A stretch of DNA of 32,529 nt from Porpidia crustulata (Eukaryota), in NCBI GenBank assembly GCA_964255105.1, contig CAXUWE010000014.1:1-32529 (forward strand), in the 5' to 3' direction. Numbering within the stretch: position 1 is the first letter of the stretch; every line of letters starts with the position of its first letter. Below the pieces are notes generated by a model, which saw only the letters and a list, made by a program, of their open reading frames with translations, made no database searches and had not been told where the DNA came from. Shown here piece by piece: positions 19,435-32,529 of the stretch. The translations under genes were made by a program, and so were the position numbers.

Positions 19435-22400
19435 ATGGAGGTTGACGTGAACACCGCCCATCCAACAGCTAGCCTGGCTGCCCTGAGCTCATCTTTAGTA
19501 TCCAGCTCCACAAAGAGGCGCATAGCAGAGTTGTCTGTCTTACAACAGACTCTGTTAGATTCTGGTAACATAAGCTGCAATTCCAGGTAAATCGGAGCTA
19601 ACAGAAGTCCAGATAACTCAGAAAATGAGGATCAGGATGTTGTTGGAATACTCTTTAGAACCTATCCATTCTACCATGATCGAGCCTCGCGCCGAGCAGT
19701 ACAGCAATGCTTGAGAGTGATGCTATCTAATTCATCACGCGCCAACTCTATACCACTGTTCTACCAAAGATTCAAGAAAGAGGCGTCTAAGCAGGGACTT
19801 GCACGGTCCAACGCATTTGTTCTCGTGGAATGGGGGGCTATACTTCTACAGCATTGTGCTGAAGACAGACGCACATGGGATAAGTATGGCAATGACTTAA
19901 TCCTTTCACACGCGCAAATACTGGAGTTATGTTGCGCTTCGGATTCTAGGCAAGGCATCAAGCAGTCTGCACTGGTTGCTACCCGGCGAGCGCTTCGCAG
20001 GATTTTCCGTGATGAGGTCAAAGGGGAGGTCGCCATTACATCGATCGTGTCCCATCTCACCTCTAAAACCCAAACCCTAGGGGTGAAAAGCGCAGTGCTC
20101 TTGGGCGTTGTGGCGGGAGTCTGTGCACGCCTGCCTTTTAGAAGGCCAGCTCTAGAAAGCCAAAAGAGCCATATATATTCATTCTATGTACGAGAGATCA
20201 TTGGGTCGCGGCTCAAGCTGCCTAATCATATTGTAAATAGTCTTGCGGACTTTTTTGCGGACTTCACCACTGATGATGATCTTCGCACCATTGTTGTACC
20301 TGCGATCGAAAAGGGGCTCTTAAGGGCACCCGAGGTCATCTTAGACGATCTCGTCACACCTTTGGTTAAGTCTTTGCCATTGACAGTTGATCTGACACAA
20401 CTACTTTCAGAACACTTATTGAAGCCGCTTCTTTCAAATATCAAGTCTCAGAACGTGGCCATACGGAATGGGGCCATGTCAGCCTTCACCGTCATCATTA
20501 GCAGATGCAACGATCAATCTTATCTCGAACGGATAGCAGACGAGATTATGCTAGCTTTGTCAACTTCTAAGCTTCTTACTGCAGAACAGCGTACTTTGCA
20601 CGCCCGTATGCTGTCTCTCATATCGTTGCTACCTTCTCCAACCGAAATCATTTGTACTTCCCTGGCAGCAATAATTGCAAAGGAGGCCAATGAAGGAGCT
20701 CTTGGTGCCGAAGCCTTAGCTTTGACGCATCAATTTTCTCTTCTCTGTGATTCGGGTTTCGAGATCGGGTCCAAGACAAGTCTGTCAGTCATCGACGTAT
20801 TCTGCAAAGGCATGAGCGATAAAGGAGCAATGTCTCGCAGGACTTGGGCACTAAGGGCGGGGGATCTCTTGTGGACGCTGAAGGACCGAGTGCGTGGAGG
20901 TCCAACAGAAACTTATGTGGTCGAAACCCTGGCTCCAAGAGCCCTAGAGATATTTGAAGAAGCTGTTCACAATCCTCAAGCTGCTATACAATCGGGTTTG
21001 GCCACTGCTGCTTGCGTTTTTACGGCGCTCTGGAAATATTTACTTGGGATGGTTGATGACAGCGTGCTAAAAGAGGCCATTTCGAAGGCCAAAGTTTTCG
21101 ACAGAGTAGTCACGGCAAATTCGAAGCTGTCATTTTTGTTCAATCATAGAATGTACGCTAAGCTTTCGACGAACGAAGAATATGTCTGGATGATCCGCGC
21201 TCTGGTGGCCTCCTCTGAGTACCTGGCCGAAATTGGGGCTAAAATGGCCGCCAGCGATACCTGGGCTCAAGCCTTCTTGTACCTGATAACTGCAAATAGC
21301 GTTCCTTCTCACATCCAGAAAGACGCCATTGCTGCTTTGACTGACACATATAACAAACATCCTGCAGTTATAGCCGACGTACTCGTCCAGGGGATGTGGA
21401 CATGGATAAGAAATACAGAGACGGGGGACCAAGACACAGCCGCAGGCGCAGCTAAGACGGGCAATACCAGATTACACATTGTTATCCAATCTATCTGTCC
21501 GCCGTCACCGAAGCTGCATTCTAGGCAGAATATTGACAATCAAATACTACAGGCGCAGCTCGTTAATATGCTTGTTCTATGTCGTTCGGAAATCCTGCCT
21601 CGAATCAGTTGGATCGAGATCTGCTTACGAGTGGGTCAAGATCCAGGCACTTTGGTACGAGCGAAGGCTGCCCAGTGTCTTGAAAGGGTTGATTACTTTC
21701 TGACCATCAACGATGGTATCACATTCTCTACCACTATTCAACTTGCAGCTCACAACACAGCCGCCGAACTGGCTTTCATTGCTCCTGATGTCATCACGCC
21801 TCTAATAATTGAGAGGATTGAGCACGATCTGGCAGCCGAGCAGGTGAACTCTTACGGACCCACTGATGTTGCGATTGCCAGGACACCGGAAGGAACCGCT
21901 TTTGTTGATGTACTGGATACAAAAACGATGAGTTATGTACTAGATAAGAATTCCAAGGACTACGACACAATGAAATGGGAAGAAGAGGTGCGAAATCATC
22001 TAGCTCAAAAAAAAGGGCAGGAGAAGAAACTTACTACCGATGAAAAGGCAAAAGTGAATGCGCAGTTAGTCAAGGAGGCCAACATCAGATCAAAAATATT
22101 AGAGCACGAGAAGGTCTTGAGGAGAGGTCTCGGGTTCATCCACTCGCTAGCGACAGGTCCGCCTATCGAAGCAGATATGTGGCTAGGCTCATGTCTGAAT
22201 GTTTTACTTGATCTAATTACTGCTGATGCCCAGCTTCTGGTAGGGGATGCCGCCAACGAAACTTACCTCACTTGCTCCAGTCTAGTGTCCCCTCGTCTGG
22301 GCTCCCTAAGAAAATTCGTTGGTGTAGCCACACTTCGAGCGTTGGGCTTATCAAAGCTCTCTGAAAATCTTGAGCAAGAACCATTAGGAGGCATGTACAC

Positions 22401-25400
22401 AATGCCTCCAGGTAGTAGTAGTCGGACTGACGTTTTCTAGATCTTGTCACCAGAATACTTTATCGGCTTCGATTTACAAGCGAGCAACGACCATTCGAAA
22501 GTGTCTCTCTAAATTATCTTCTACCATTTATCCTTACAATTCTTAGAAAAGCAGGCGTTGGACACTCAAGTGCTGATGAGATTGATGAACAAATAATTCT
22601 AGCCCTAGAATTTCTGTCTTTCCATTCGGAGGCATGTAAGTAATTCGAAATTGCCTACTACCTAGGCATCATTGCCAACGTTCCGTGACTAATTGAGCCG
22701 ATTCGCCCAGTGTCCGACAACCGGTTACCACGCGACGAAATCTTGTCTCTACTGATAGAAACTATGCAGCGTTTCTCCCAACATTATAAAATTATCAAAG
22801 ACTGCCTATTGGGGCTATGTAGATCCCTGTCGCAGAACATTTCAACTTCTGAGATTTCGATCCTTCTCAAAGGCTCGATCGTCCCTCAGACAGCCGTTCG
22901 AACCTCTGTGCTTCAGGCTATTCGGGAACACATTGATCTGACAGATATAGAATTCTGTGAGGAAATTTGGTTGGCACGCCACGACGACTTAGAAGAAAAC
23001 GTGCAGCTAGGATACGCTATCTGGGAAGAGAACGCACTAGAATTTGAGCCTGCAGATGCTGTCAAGCTATTGCACTACCTGCATAGCCGCGATAGCCAAC
23101 TCAGACGAGCAGCATCGCGAGCTCTAGCCGCATGTATGGGTCAAGATTCTCCAACGTTTAGGAAGATTTTGAGCGTATTGCAAGGTGAATATCGTGAATT
23201 GTCCAAGCCAAGGCTTCCAGAGCGAGATATATTCGGCATGCCAAAGAAAATGGACCTGAGCGACCCTTGGGAAGCTCGAAGTGGAATCGCGCTAGCATTC
23301 AAAGCAATGGCGCCCATCTTTGACTCTTCAGAACTTGTGCAGTTCGTTGAATTCCTAATTCAAGATAGCGCGCTTGGCGACCACAGCTCAGTGGTGAGGG
23401 AACAGATGATTGACAGCGCAACCACAATTATTGCAGTTCGTGGCAATGACAAAGTTGAAGAACTAATGAGCATGTTTGAGGCTGCACTAGATAAGTCAGA
23501 TAAGAGCTCTGAGGTCTCTGACCTAGTCAGTGAAGCTGTTGTAATCCTCTTCGGCGCCCTAGCTCGCCACTTACAGAATGGCGATGAGCGAGTCCCTAAG
23601 GTGGTCCAGCGATTATTGTCAACTCTAAACACCCCATCTGAGACTGTACAGTACGCCGTTGCCGTTTGTCTGCCGCCACTGGTCCAAACTTCAAGTCAGA
23701 AAATATCAGAGTACATTCAGCTAGTACTTGATCAGCTTCTACAGTCCAAGAAATATGCAGTCAGAAGGGGTGCTGCGTATGGTTTGGCTGGAATAGTGGG
23801 GGGCAAAGGTATCTCTGCGCTACGAGAGTATCGGATTATGTCCACACTCAAAGCTGCCATCGAAAACAAGAGAGACCAGAACCAACGTCAAGGGGCCTTG
23901 TTCGCATATGAACTATTTTCTCTTCTACTGAGTCGGACATTTGAACCTTATATTATCCAAATTGTACCTCAGCTTCTAATGAGCTTCGGTGATCCAACAG
24001 CGGATGTACGTGAGGCCTGTTTGGACACATCTAAAACCTGTTTTGCGAGTCTCAGCTCTTACGGTGTCAAGATTATCTTGCCAACGCTTCTTGATGGCCT
24101 TGAAGATTCCCAATGGCGGAGCAAGAAAGGCGCTTGTGATTTGCTAGGAGCAATGGCGTACCTCGACCCACAGCAACTGGCAATCAGTCTCCCAGACATC
24201 ATACCACCCTTGACAAACGTTCTGAGTGACAGCCATAAGGAAGTAAGAGCATCAGCCAACCGAAGCCTTCAGCGTTTCGGCGAGGTCATTAGTAATCCAG
24301 AGGTTAAGAGTCTCGTGAGCATACTGCTCAAAGCCTTGAGCGATCCCACAAAGTATACTGATGACGCTCTCGATGCGCTTATCAAAGTATCTTTCATCCA
24401 TTATCTAGACTCGCCATCCCTAGCTCTGATTGTCCGCATACTTGAACGAGGTCTAGCAGACAGATCAGCTACAAAACGTAAATCCGCGCAAATCATCGGG
24501 AGTTTGGCTCATCTTACCGAACGTAGAGATGTTGTATCTCATCTTCCAATTCTTGTCTCTGGTCTGAAATCTGCTATTGTAGACCCAGTTCCTGCAACAC
24601 GCGCCACAGCATCTAAAGCACTTGGATCACTAGTGGAAAAACTTGGCGAAGAGGCAATGCCCGATTTGATACCAGGCTTGATGTCGACCTTAAAATCTGA
24701 CACGGGCGCAGGTGATAGGCTGGGTTCTGCTCAAGCGCTCAGCGAAGTCCTTGCTGGCCTTGGTACAGGCCGATTAGAAGAGACCCTACCATCAATCCTC
24801 CAGAACGTGGCCAGTTCTAAGCCTACGGTTCGAGAAGGTTTCATGTCATTATTTATTTATCTTCCAGCATGCTTTGGCAATAGTTTTGCGGTTTACTTGA
24901 GTAGGATAATCCCACCTATTCTTTCTGGCCTTGCAGATGAAATTGAATCAATTAGGGAGACTTCGTTGCGAGCTGGTAGGTTGCTTGTGAAAAATTTCGC
25001 TACAAGAGCTATCGATCTTCTGCTTCCAGAGCTCGACCGAGGACTCGGCGATGACAATTATCGTATCCGTCTCAGCTCTGTGGAGCTGGTTGGTGATCTC
25101 CTATTCAACCTCACAGGGATAAGCGGCACAGCCGAGCAGGATGAAGAACAAGATGGCGCAGTAGAAGCTGGACAATCATTACTCGACGTTCTTGGAGAAG
25201 ACAAACGGAACAAAATTCTTTCGTCTCTCTACGTTTGCCGATGCGATACCTCAGGCTTGGTTAGGAATGCTGCCATCAACGTTTGGAAGGCGCTTGTCGC
25301 TACGCCAAGAACGCTGAAAGAGCTTGTGCCTACGCTTACGCAGCTACTTATCCGACGCCTCGCAAGTACAAATATGGAACGGAGAGTCATTGCTGGCAAT

Positions 25401-27713
25401 GCATTAGGTGAGCTGATAAGAAAATCTGGTGAAGGTGTCCTGGCAAGTCTTTTGCCTACCTTGGAGGAAGGTCTCCAGACATCAACAAACACGGATAACA
25501 AGCAAGGTATCTGTATTGCGCTTCGAGAGATCGTTTCATCTGCTTCACCTGAAGCTCTTGAAGACTACGAAAAAACGTTGATCTCTGTAGTCAGAGTCGC
25601 GTTGGTAGACCCCGATGATGAAGTTCGGGAAGCGGCCGCAGAAGCGTTTGACTCACTTCAAAAAATCTTTGGCAAAAGAGCCGTCGACCAAGTACTACCA
25701 AATCTTTTGAACCTATTAAGAATGGAAAGCGAGGCTGACACCGCACTTTCGGCTTTGCTGACCTTACTTACTGACAATACAAGATCCAACATTATTTTGC
25801 CCAATTTCGTACCCACTCTATTGGTTAACCCAATAACGCCATTCAATGCGAAAGCCATAGCATCTCTGTCGCAAGTTGCTGGACCTGCAATGACCCGACG
25901 GCTACCTGCTATATTAAACACTATCATGGACAATCTGATAATTTGCAAAGAGGATGAGCTACGTTTAGATCTGGGAGATTCGTTCGACGCAATACTTACT
26001 TCTGTTGATGAATTTGATGGTTTAAATACTGCGATGAGTGTGATGCTAGCATTGGTGAAGAACGATGATCATCGGAAACGAGCAACGGCGAATTTACATA
26101 TGAGTACGTTCTTTGCCAAGTCCGATGTCGATTACTCTCGGTATCACCAAGACCTCATACGCGTCTTCTTAATCTCTTTCGATGATGCCGACATAGAGGT
26201 TGTCAAAGCCGCGTGGCTTGCACTGTCAGAGCTTACCAAACAATTAAAGAAGGAAGAAATGGAGGGTCTCGTGCTCTCGACTCGCCAGGTATTGCAGCAG
26301 GTTGGGGTGGCCGGTGCAATTCTCCCTGGCTTTTCTCTACCAAGAGGCATCAACGCAATTCTACCTATCTTCCTCCAAGGCCTGATGAATGGGACTGCAG
26401 ATCAGCGAACGCATTCGGCATTAGCAATTTCCGATATCGTTGATCGCTCAAACGCAGACTCACTTAAGCCATTTGTCACCCAAATTACTGGTCCATTGAT
26501 CAGGGTGGTTTCAGAACGGTCTGTAGATGTAAAATGTATGTGTCCACATGACTCTCCTGTATGAAAACTACGCTAACTTCTGCTAGGTGCGATTCTGCTG
26601 ACCTTGAATAATTTACTTGAAAAAATTCCAACGTTCCTAAAGCCATTCCTTCCGCAGCTCCAACGGACTTTCGCCAAGTCTCTGGCCGATACTTCCAGTG
26701 AAGTTCTCCGGTCGAGGGCAGCGAAAGCACTGGGCACTCTGATTACTCTCACCCCTCGGATTGACCCGCTGATTGCAGAGCTAGTTGCTGGATCTAAAAC
26801 TCAAGACGCAGGCGTTCAAAATGCAATGCTTCGAGCATTGTATGAAGTCGTCAGCAAAGCAGGCTCTAACATGAGCGAGGTTTCTCGCGCCTCTGTCCTA
26901 GGATTGATTGACAACAGCGCTTCGAATGTGGATGAAACAATGGCTATTACTCACGCAAAATTGGTGGGTGCCTTAGTAAAAAGCCTTCCAGCAGGCACCA
27001 GTACTACGACTCTTATCAAACAGCGCGTGCTGCCATCTAATATTAGCAATGCTTCGGTGTTAAATCTCAATTCGGCATTATTAGAATCATCAGCTTCGTT
27101 AACAGACGCTTTTGCGCAAGAAACGGCATCCATGATTTGTCAAGGGATTGGCAGCAAGGACACGTTCATATCGGAGAATGCTATCTTGGCAGCTGGGAAA
27201 TTTTTGCTTGCGCCGAATCATAGCCCTAGCCTGCAGACAAGCAGGTCAGTACTGGAAACTCTTGCCATTATTATACAACCAGGAAACCCAACCGATCCTC
27301 GTCGCCTAGCACTCGTTGTGATTCGGACTGTGAGCAGAGAACGCGACAGTATCACTAAGCCACACCTTCACCAGCTTGTACCACCCATCTTCGCTAGCGT
27401 TCGGGATCCGGTCATTCCAGTCAAACTCGCAGCAGAGACTGCCTTCCTTGAACTCTTCTCGATAGTAGAATCCGAGAACGTTGTTTTTGAAGACTACATT
27501 GTTGGAGCAGAATTGAACCCAACCATGAAAAGGAGTATGCAAGATTATTTTAAGCGAGTTGCAACAAGACTAGGAAGTCAAGCACGGGAAAGAAGGGAAG
27601 CAGAAGGTGGCCAAGGAGGACTTGGTCTTTCCAATGATGAGAGAGAGGATGAAAGGGAGATCTGGAGCGTTGGAAAAGTAGATCTTGGGGAGAATACTTT
27701 TAAGGATGAGTAG
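19435..27713 (+). CDS. GCN1: eIF2-alpha kinase activator GCN1 (HEAT-repeat protein), ~2684 aa, 5 exons
   Basis: Exons 19435-19564, 19613-22390, 22441-22635, 22711-26535, 26587-27713, in phase. Typical GCN1 segments include DLVTRILYRLRF, DPWEARSGIALA, TPSETVQYAVA, RRGAAYGLAG, WRSKKGACDLLGAMAY, DRLGSAQALSEVLAGLG, QITGPLIRVVSER and LKPFLPQLQRTF. Intron 2 is GC-AG. Confidence 0.97.
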
Positions 27714-28050
27714 AGCTAAACATATCATGCCATCCGCAATGATGAATATACTCCTACCATAGCATAGCATAGCGAGGCGCTCAAAAACGGGGACTGTCTA
27801 AATTCAAGTAATTGTAAATATAAAGTATTTTATAGGAATATACCCCCAACTCTCGGGGCTTCTTTCCTAAAATTTTTGAGTCGCATAGACTAATACAAGC
27901 TGATGTGTTCTATGCTATACCTGTGGAGACATACTTCCTGAGACATCTTACCTGATAATTTAGAAAACATCAGAGCGAAGATTAGGTCCAAGTCAAGAGA
28001 AGAAAAGAGCAACTGCACGCCACGTATTTGGGAATAAGCCTCGCTAAACG

Positions 28051-28075
28051 CTAGCGCAGGGCTAAGTATCCCACA
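28051..28075 (+). promoter_or_regulatory. Candidate ribosomal-protein promoter module (CTAGCGCAGGGCTAAGtATCCCACA)
   Basis: Three blocks shared in order and position with the RPL44 upstream region (4503-4552, minus strand). Confidence 0.6.
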
Positions 28076-28158
28076 ATCTACTAGCATCCCTCGCCCGAAG
28101 CACGACCATACGATCAGACACCCACGAACATCACAACGACGATAACCAGTATCAAATC

Positions 28159-29097
28159 ATGTAAGTAGGCCATCCTCACGATGCTTTTATGAGAAGTGCT
28201 TCTTTCATCTTGACATTATTGTGATGTACAATCCTTAAAAACCCCTTGCCCCATCTCTCAAGTCATACCTCTCCCCAGTGCTGCCCCCGCATTCAGATCG
28301 TCTTCTCCAGGGCTGACACGACTTGAATCGTACAGGGTCAACCTACGCACCCAAAAGCGGCTCGCTGCTTCAGTTGTGGGTTGTGGGAGACGCAAAATCT
28401 GGCTCGACCCTAATGAAGTCAACGAAATCTCCAACGCCAATTCCCGCCAGACTATCCGCAAGCTCGTCTCGGATGGCCTCATCATCCGCAAGCAAGTCAC
28501 AATGCACTCACGTGCGAGGGCCAGGGATCTAGTTGCTGCCAGACGGATTGGGAGACATCGCGGGTTTGGTAAGAGAAAGGGTACGGCGGATGCTAGGATG
28601 CCGAGGTAGGCAATCCACATGTTCCTATGGGGGCATAGATCAGATTTGAATTAGAGTACTGATGAGTATTCTCCACCAGCCAAGTAGTATGGATGCGCCG
28701 TCTCCGTGTCCTCCGACGTCTACTCGTCAAATACCGCGCTTCGGGCAAAATCGACAAGCATCTTTACCACAACCTCTACCATCTCAGCAAGGGAAACACA
28801 TTCAAGCACAAGCGTGCATTAGTCGAGCATGTAAGTCATCATTGTTCTCTTGTCATCGCCAGCGATATGCTGCGGTTGGGAACAGAAGCAGCCTAACAAT
28901 TTCTACATCTGATCGTACTGACGCACGTGTCAATGCAGATCCACAAAGCCAAGGCTGAAGCAGCACGTGAGCGTCAAATACAAGAGGAAATGAACGAGAA
29001 GCGGGCTAAGAACAAGGCCGCGCGGGAGAGAAAGCAAGAGCGTGTGGTGGCTAAGCGGACTGCCATGTTGGGGGAGGATGAAGAGCCAAAGCCTTAG
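28159..29097 (+). CDS. RPL19: 60S ribosomal protein eL19, 193 aa, 4 exons
   Basis: Exons 28159-28160 (AT), 28336-28605, 28680-28830, 28939-29097. The spliced protein is [45 protein letters not shown]...[49 protein letters not shown]...[21 protein letters not shown]. Confidence 0.98.
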
Positions 29098-29474
29098 AGC
29101 AAAAGAGGCCTTTTGGTTGGGGTTTGAATGAGCTCAGCATCAGAAATTCCAGCAGGCGTAGCAATGATAATTGTGTTATGATTCTTCATGTAGATGCACT
29201 AGTGGCTACCACCCACCTGGCTATTCTGTTCCGATAAGTAATGCACGTGCCCGCCTTGAAATCCACAAGTCTTAGAAGCAACGCCTTTGCGACGGCAATG
29301 ACAAGCAGTGGCAGTTTGTTATACACTTCTGCTCGTCGATGCTGGCTTTTGACACTTAGCGTAAAGTACGATCACGGTATTCAATGTATGATGTTACACA
29401 GAATCTATCAGCAATAATCTCCTAAGCTTCACTGCAGCGTAAACCTCACAGCGATATAGGCTTCGGCCCGCAAT

Positions 29475-32400
29475 ATGACTGAGTTACGGACTTGGGTATC
29501 TGATAACCTGATCAAGGTGTGTCCGTGTATCCAGCTCATGACCTTAGTAAAAGCTTACATTAACGCACAGCTTACAGGCGCATCAGATTCGGCGGTCATT
29601 GATTTTGTTCTCGCCACTGCTTCCACTGCTAGATCCTCCTCAGTTCTCCAAGAAAAGCTTGCTGGCTTTCTCGATGGCTCTCAACATGAATTGGACTCCT
29701 TCTCCAAAGATCTCTTCCACCGTCTACCAAAGCAAAATGGCCTCGCTACGAATGGGCATTCTGCGCATCAGAAAGCTAAAGAGGATGGTATGAAGGATGT
29801 GCGGAAGAAATACCGACTTTTGGAGATGGAGGACGAGCTGGAACCTCCTAGGATAGCCAGCGTGGAGAAGCCTGACAAGAAAAGCCATCGGTCTCGAGAT
29901 GAGCGTAAGAGTACAGTGGGTGACAAACCCGGCGCGGAAAGCAGGAACCAAAGCAGAGATCGGAACAAGGAGCGCCACAAAACCAAAAAGATTCGGAGGA
30001 GAGAAAACAGTGGTTCAGACGACCGCTGGGGAGACGAGGAATATGTGGAGGAAGAGACTGAATTCCCACAGTCGCCCAATAAGAGAAAGCGCCTAAACGA
30101 TGGCTCAGCGTCGCCTAGAGAAACAGAAGCCGAAAGTGACGAAGAAACGCGACGGGAACGGGCGAGGGAGAAGGATCTGGAGGAAAGGGATGCATTTGCC
30201 AAACGACTTAACAAAAAGGATGCAGAGAAAACAAAAAAGCTTACTGAAGATCGTTCGTTGAGAACCAAGGAAGGCAAAGAAATGGCCCTGCGGAGAAGAT
30301 TGGCTGAAGATGCGGCAGCCCGTGAGGCAGCCATGGGTGACCTCAGGGAGAGATCAAGACAGGAATACCTCAAGAAAAGAGAAACAGAGAGGCTGGCTTT
30401 ACTACGGAAGCAAGTTTTCGAAGAAGATCAGGAGCTGCGAACAAACCCTGATATTACGGCAAGAGAGAAAGCAGAGTTTGCGAAAAACAAAGAGGTCCTC
30501 AGAATCGCAGAGGAGAGGTTACGCATCGACGACTACAGAGACGGGTATGCAATGCCGGAAGACTACATCACTGAGAAGGGGAAGATTGATAGGAAGAAGA
30601 AAGAGGAGGCTTTATATAAGCGGTATGTGGATCGTGATGAGCACGGGCAAGAAAAATATGTTACTGAGCAGGAAGAATGGGAGAGGGAACAGACGGCCAA
30701 AGCGAATGCACAGATATCGCAGAGCGAAAGGGTTGACGAAGGTGAGTATGAGTACGTCTTTGATGAAGCCCAGAAAATCAGCTTCATCATGGATACAAGG
30801 CTGGCGGGCGACGGGAAGCCGTTGACGAAAGAGCAGAAATTGTTTCAGGAGCAGTTGAAAGTAGCAGAAAATAAAGCGGCCTCAATCGAAGATACGAGGA
30901 AAAGCCTTCCTATCTATACGTATAGGAACGAGCTACTCGCAGCGGTTGCAGAGCACCAGGTTCTTGTCATTGTAGGAGAAACTGGCAGCGGTAAAACGAC
31001 ACAGATTCCACAATATCTCCATGAAGCTGGGTTTACGCAGGACAAGCAGAAGATTGGATGCACACAACCTCGTCGGGTCGCAGCTATGTCTGTGGCTCAA
31101 CGTGTTGCTGAGGAGGTTGGAGTCAAATTGGGTCACGAGGTAGGGTATAGCATACGATTTGAAGACGCGACTTCCGACAAGACAATTTTGAAGTACATGA
31201 CCGATGGAATGCTTCTAAGAGAATTCCTCACAGACCCTTCCCTGGGAGAGTATTCTGCCTTGATGATTGACGAAGCTCATGAAAGAACCTTACACACCGA
31301 TATTCTTTTGTCGCTTGTGAAAGACCTTGCCAAAGAAAGACCAGAGCTAAGAATCCTCATATCCTCCGCCACAATGAACGCTCAGCGTTTTTCCTCGTAC
31401 TTTGATGATTCGCCTATCTTCAATATTCCCGGGCGACGATACCCTGTAGATATCTACTACAGCCCCCAGCCTGAAGCCAACTACCTCGCTGCTGCTGTAA
31501 CAACCATCTTCCAGATCCACATAACGCAGGGAAAGGGTGATATTCTTGTATTTCTCACCGGGCAAGAAGAAATTGAAGCCGCTGAACAGAATCTGCAAGA
31601 GACAGCAAGGAAACTAGGGTCAAAGGTGAAGGAACTTATTGTTTGTCCCATCTACGCCAATCTGCCGAGCGAACTACAGGCCAAGATCTTTGAGCCTACA
31701 CCTCCTAACGCAAGAAAGGTAGTGCTAGCCACCAACATCGCAGAAACGAGCCTCACAATCGACGGCATTGTTTACGTTATTGATCCTGGTTTTGTCAAGG
31801 AGAACGTTTACAACGCTCACACAAGCATGGAGTCTCTCGTTGTCTCGCCGATCTCTCGCGCCTCAGCCAACCAACGCAGCGGCCGCGCCGGCCGTGTAAG
31901 TCCAGGAAAATGCTTCCGCCTCTACACTAAATACGCCTTCCACAACGAACTCCCCGAATCCACGACCCCTGAAATCCAGCGCGCCAACCTCAGCTCTGTC
32001 GTCCTCCTCCTCAAATCCCTTGGTATTAACGACCTCATCGACTTTGACTTTATGGACCCACCTCCCGCCGAAACCCTTATCCGCGCTCTCGAACAACTCT
32101 ACGCCCTCGGCGGCCTCAATGACCGCGGTGAACTCACCAAAACTGGTCGTATGTTGGCGGAATTTCCTACAGATCCCATGCTCGCCAAAGCCGTCCTCGC
32201 CGCGGGCAAGCACGGCTGCGTGGAGGAAGTCCTTTCCATCATTGCCATTCTCGGGGAGGCGTCCGCGCTCTTCTACCGCCCCAAAGACAAAAAAATCCAC
32301 GCCGACTCCGCCCGGGCCCGCTTCACCGTCAAAGAAGGCGGGGACCACCTGACCCTGCTAAATATCTGGAACCAATGGTGCGATTCGGATTTCAGCATCG

Positions 32401-32529
32401 TCTGGTCCAAAGAAAACTTCCTCCAGAACCGCTCCCTGGTACGCGCCCGCGACGTGCGCGACCAACTCGCCAAGCTGTGCGACCGGGTCGAAGTCACCGT
32501 CACCTCGTGCGGCGCGGCCGACCTGGTCC
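29475..32529 (+). CDS. PRP2: Pre-mRNA splicing DEAH-box helicase Prp2/Cdc28 (DHX16), 3'-truncated by the window edge
   Basis: Exon 1 29475-29516 ([14 protein letters not shown]), intron 29517-29570, then exon 2 from 29571 open to the window end, so it is absent from the ORF track. It encodes [93 protein letters not shown] and [13 protein letters not shown]. Confidence 0.95.
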   Translation, partial: MTELRTWVSDNLIKVCPCIQLMTLVKAYINAQLTGASDSAVIDFVLATASTARSSSVLQEKLAGFLDGSQHELDSFSKDLFHRLPKQNGLATNGHSAHQKAKEDGMKDVRKKYRLLEMEDELEPPRIASVEKPDKKSHRSRDERKSTVGDKPGAESRNQSRDRNKERHKTKKIRRRENSGSDDRWGDEEYVEEETEFPQSPNKRKRLNDGSASPRETEAESDEETRRERAREKDLEERDAFAKRLNKKDAEKTKKLTEDRSLRTKEGKEMALRRRLAEDAAAREAAMGDLRERSRQEYLKKRETERLALLRKQVFEEDQELRTNPDITAREKAEFAKNKEVLRIAEERLRIDDYRDGYAMPEDYITEKGKIDRKKKEEALYKRYVDRDEHGQEKYVTEQEEWEREQTAKANAQISQSERVDEGEYEYVFDEAQKISFIMDTRLAGDGKPLTKEQKLFQEQLKVAENKAASIEDTRKSLPIYTYRNELLAAVAEHQVLVIVGETGSGKTTQIPQYLHEAGFTQDKQKIGCTQPRRVAAMSVAQRVAEEVGVKLGHEVGYSIRFEDATSDKTILKYMTDGMLLREFLTDPSLGEYSALMIDEAHERTLHTDILLSLVKDLAKERPELRILISSATMNAQRFSSYFDDSPIFNIPGRRYPVDIYYSPQPEANYLAAAVTTIFQIHITQGKGDILVFLTGQEEIEAAEQNLQETARKLGSKVKELIVCPIYANLPSELQAKIFEPTPPNARKVVLATNIAETSLTIDGIVYVIDPGFVKENVYNAHTSMESLVVSPISRASANQRSGRAGRVSPGKCFRLYTKYAFHNELPESTTPEIQRANLSSVVLLLKSLGINDLIDFDFMDPPPAETLIRALEQLYALGGLNDRGELTKTGRMLAEFPTDPMLAKAVLAAGKHGCVEEVLSIIAILGEASALFYRPKDKKIHADSARARFTVKEGGDHLTLLNIWNQWCDSDFSIVWSKENFLQNRSLVRARDVRDQLAKLCDRVEVTVTSCGAADLV

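Noticed and set aside
27758..27773. Short (ATAGC)3 repeat after the GCN1 stop codon
   Set aside because: Trivial microsatellite in the 3' UTR.
29768..30825. 201-aa minus-strand and 171-aa plus-strand ORFs
   Set aside because: Antisense or off-frame shadows of the charged N-terminal region of PRP2.
31863..32503. Antisense and alternate-frame ORFs at the window end
   Set aside because: By-products of strong codon bias in the PRP2 helicase exon.
1..32529. tRNA, rRNA, CRISPR array, transposase or retroelement ORF
   Set aside because: None recognisable by eye on either strand; tRNAscan-SE and Rfam scans were not run.

Overview
Gene-dense, intron-containing genomic DNA from a filamentous ascomycete (Pezizomycotina, inferred from short GT-AG introns with CTRAY branch sites and from the protein sequences). 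Nine protein-coding genes were reconstructed by hand. In order: a conserved hypothetical protein (-), ribosomal protein eL42/RPL44 (-), a 2H-phosphoesterase (-), a JmjN/JmjC KDM4/Rph1-like protein lacking two of three iron ligands (+), an F-box-like hypothetical (-), a DHX29/DHX57-type DExH RNA helicase (-), GCN1 (+), ribosomal protein eL19 (+), and the 5' part of the Prp2/Cdc28 (DHX16) DEAH helicase (+), which runs off the window and is missing from the ORF track. Non-coding signals: a 90-bp TA-flanked MITE-like element with 28-bp terminal inverted repeats; a three-block motif at almost identical distance upstream of both ribosomal protein genes; two perfect Gcn4/CpcA sites in the DHX29-GCN1 divergent promoter; a GC-AG intron in GCN1; and a hairpin-rich segment with a telomeric-repeat dimer between two convergent genes. 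The window is mostly housekeeping. No clearly new multi-gene system is demonstrable from sequence alone. All family assignments are by motif recognition, not database search.
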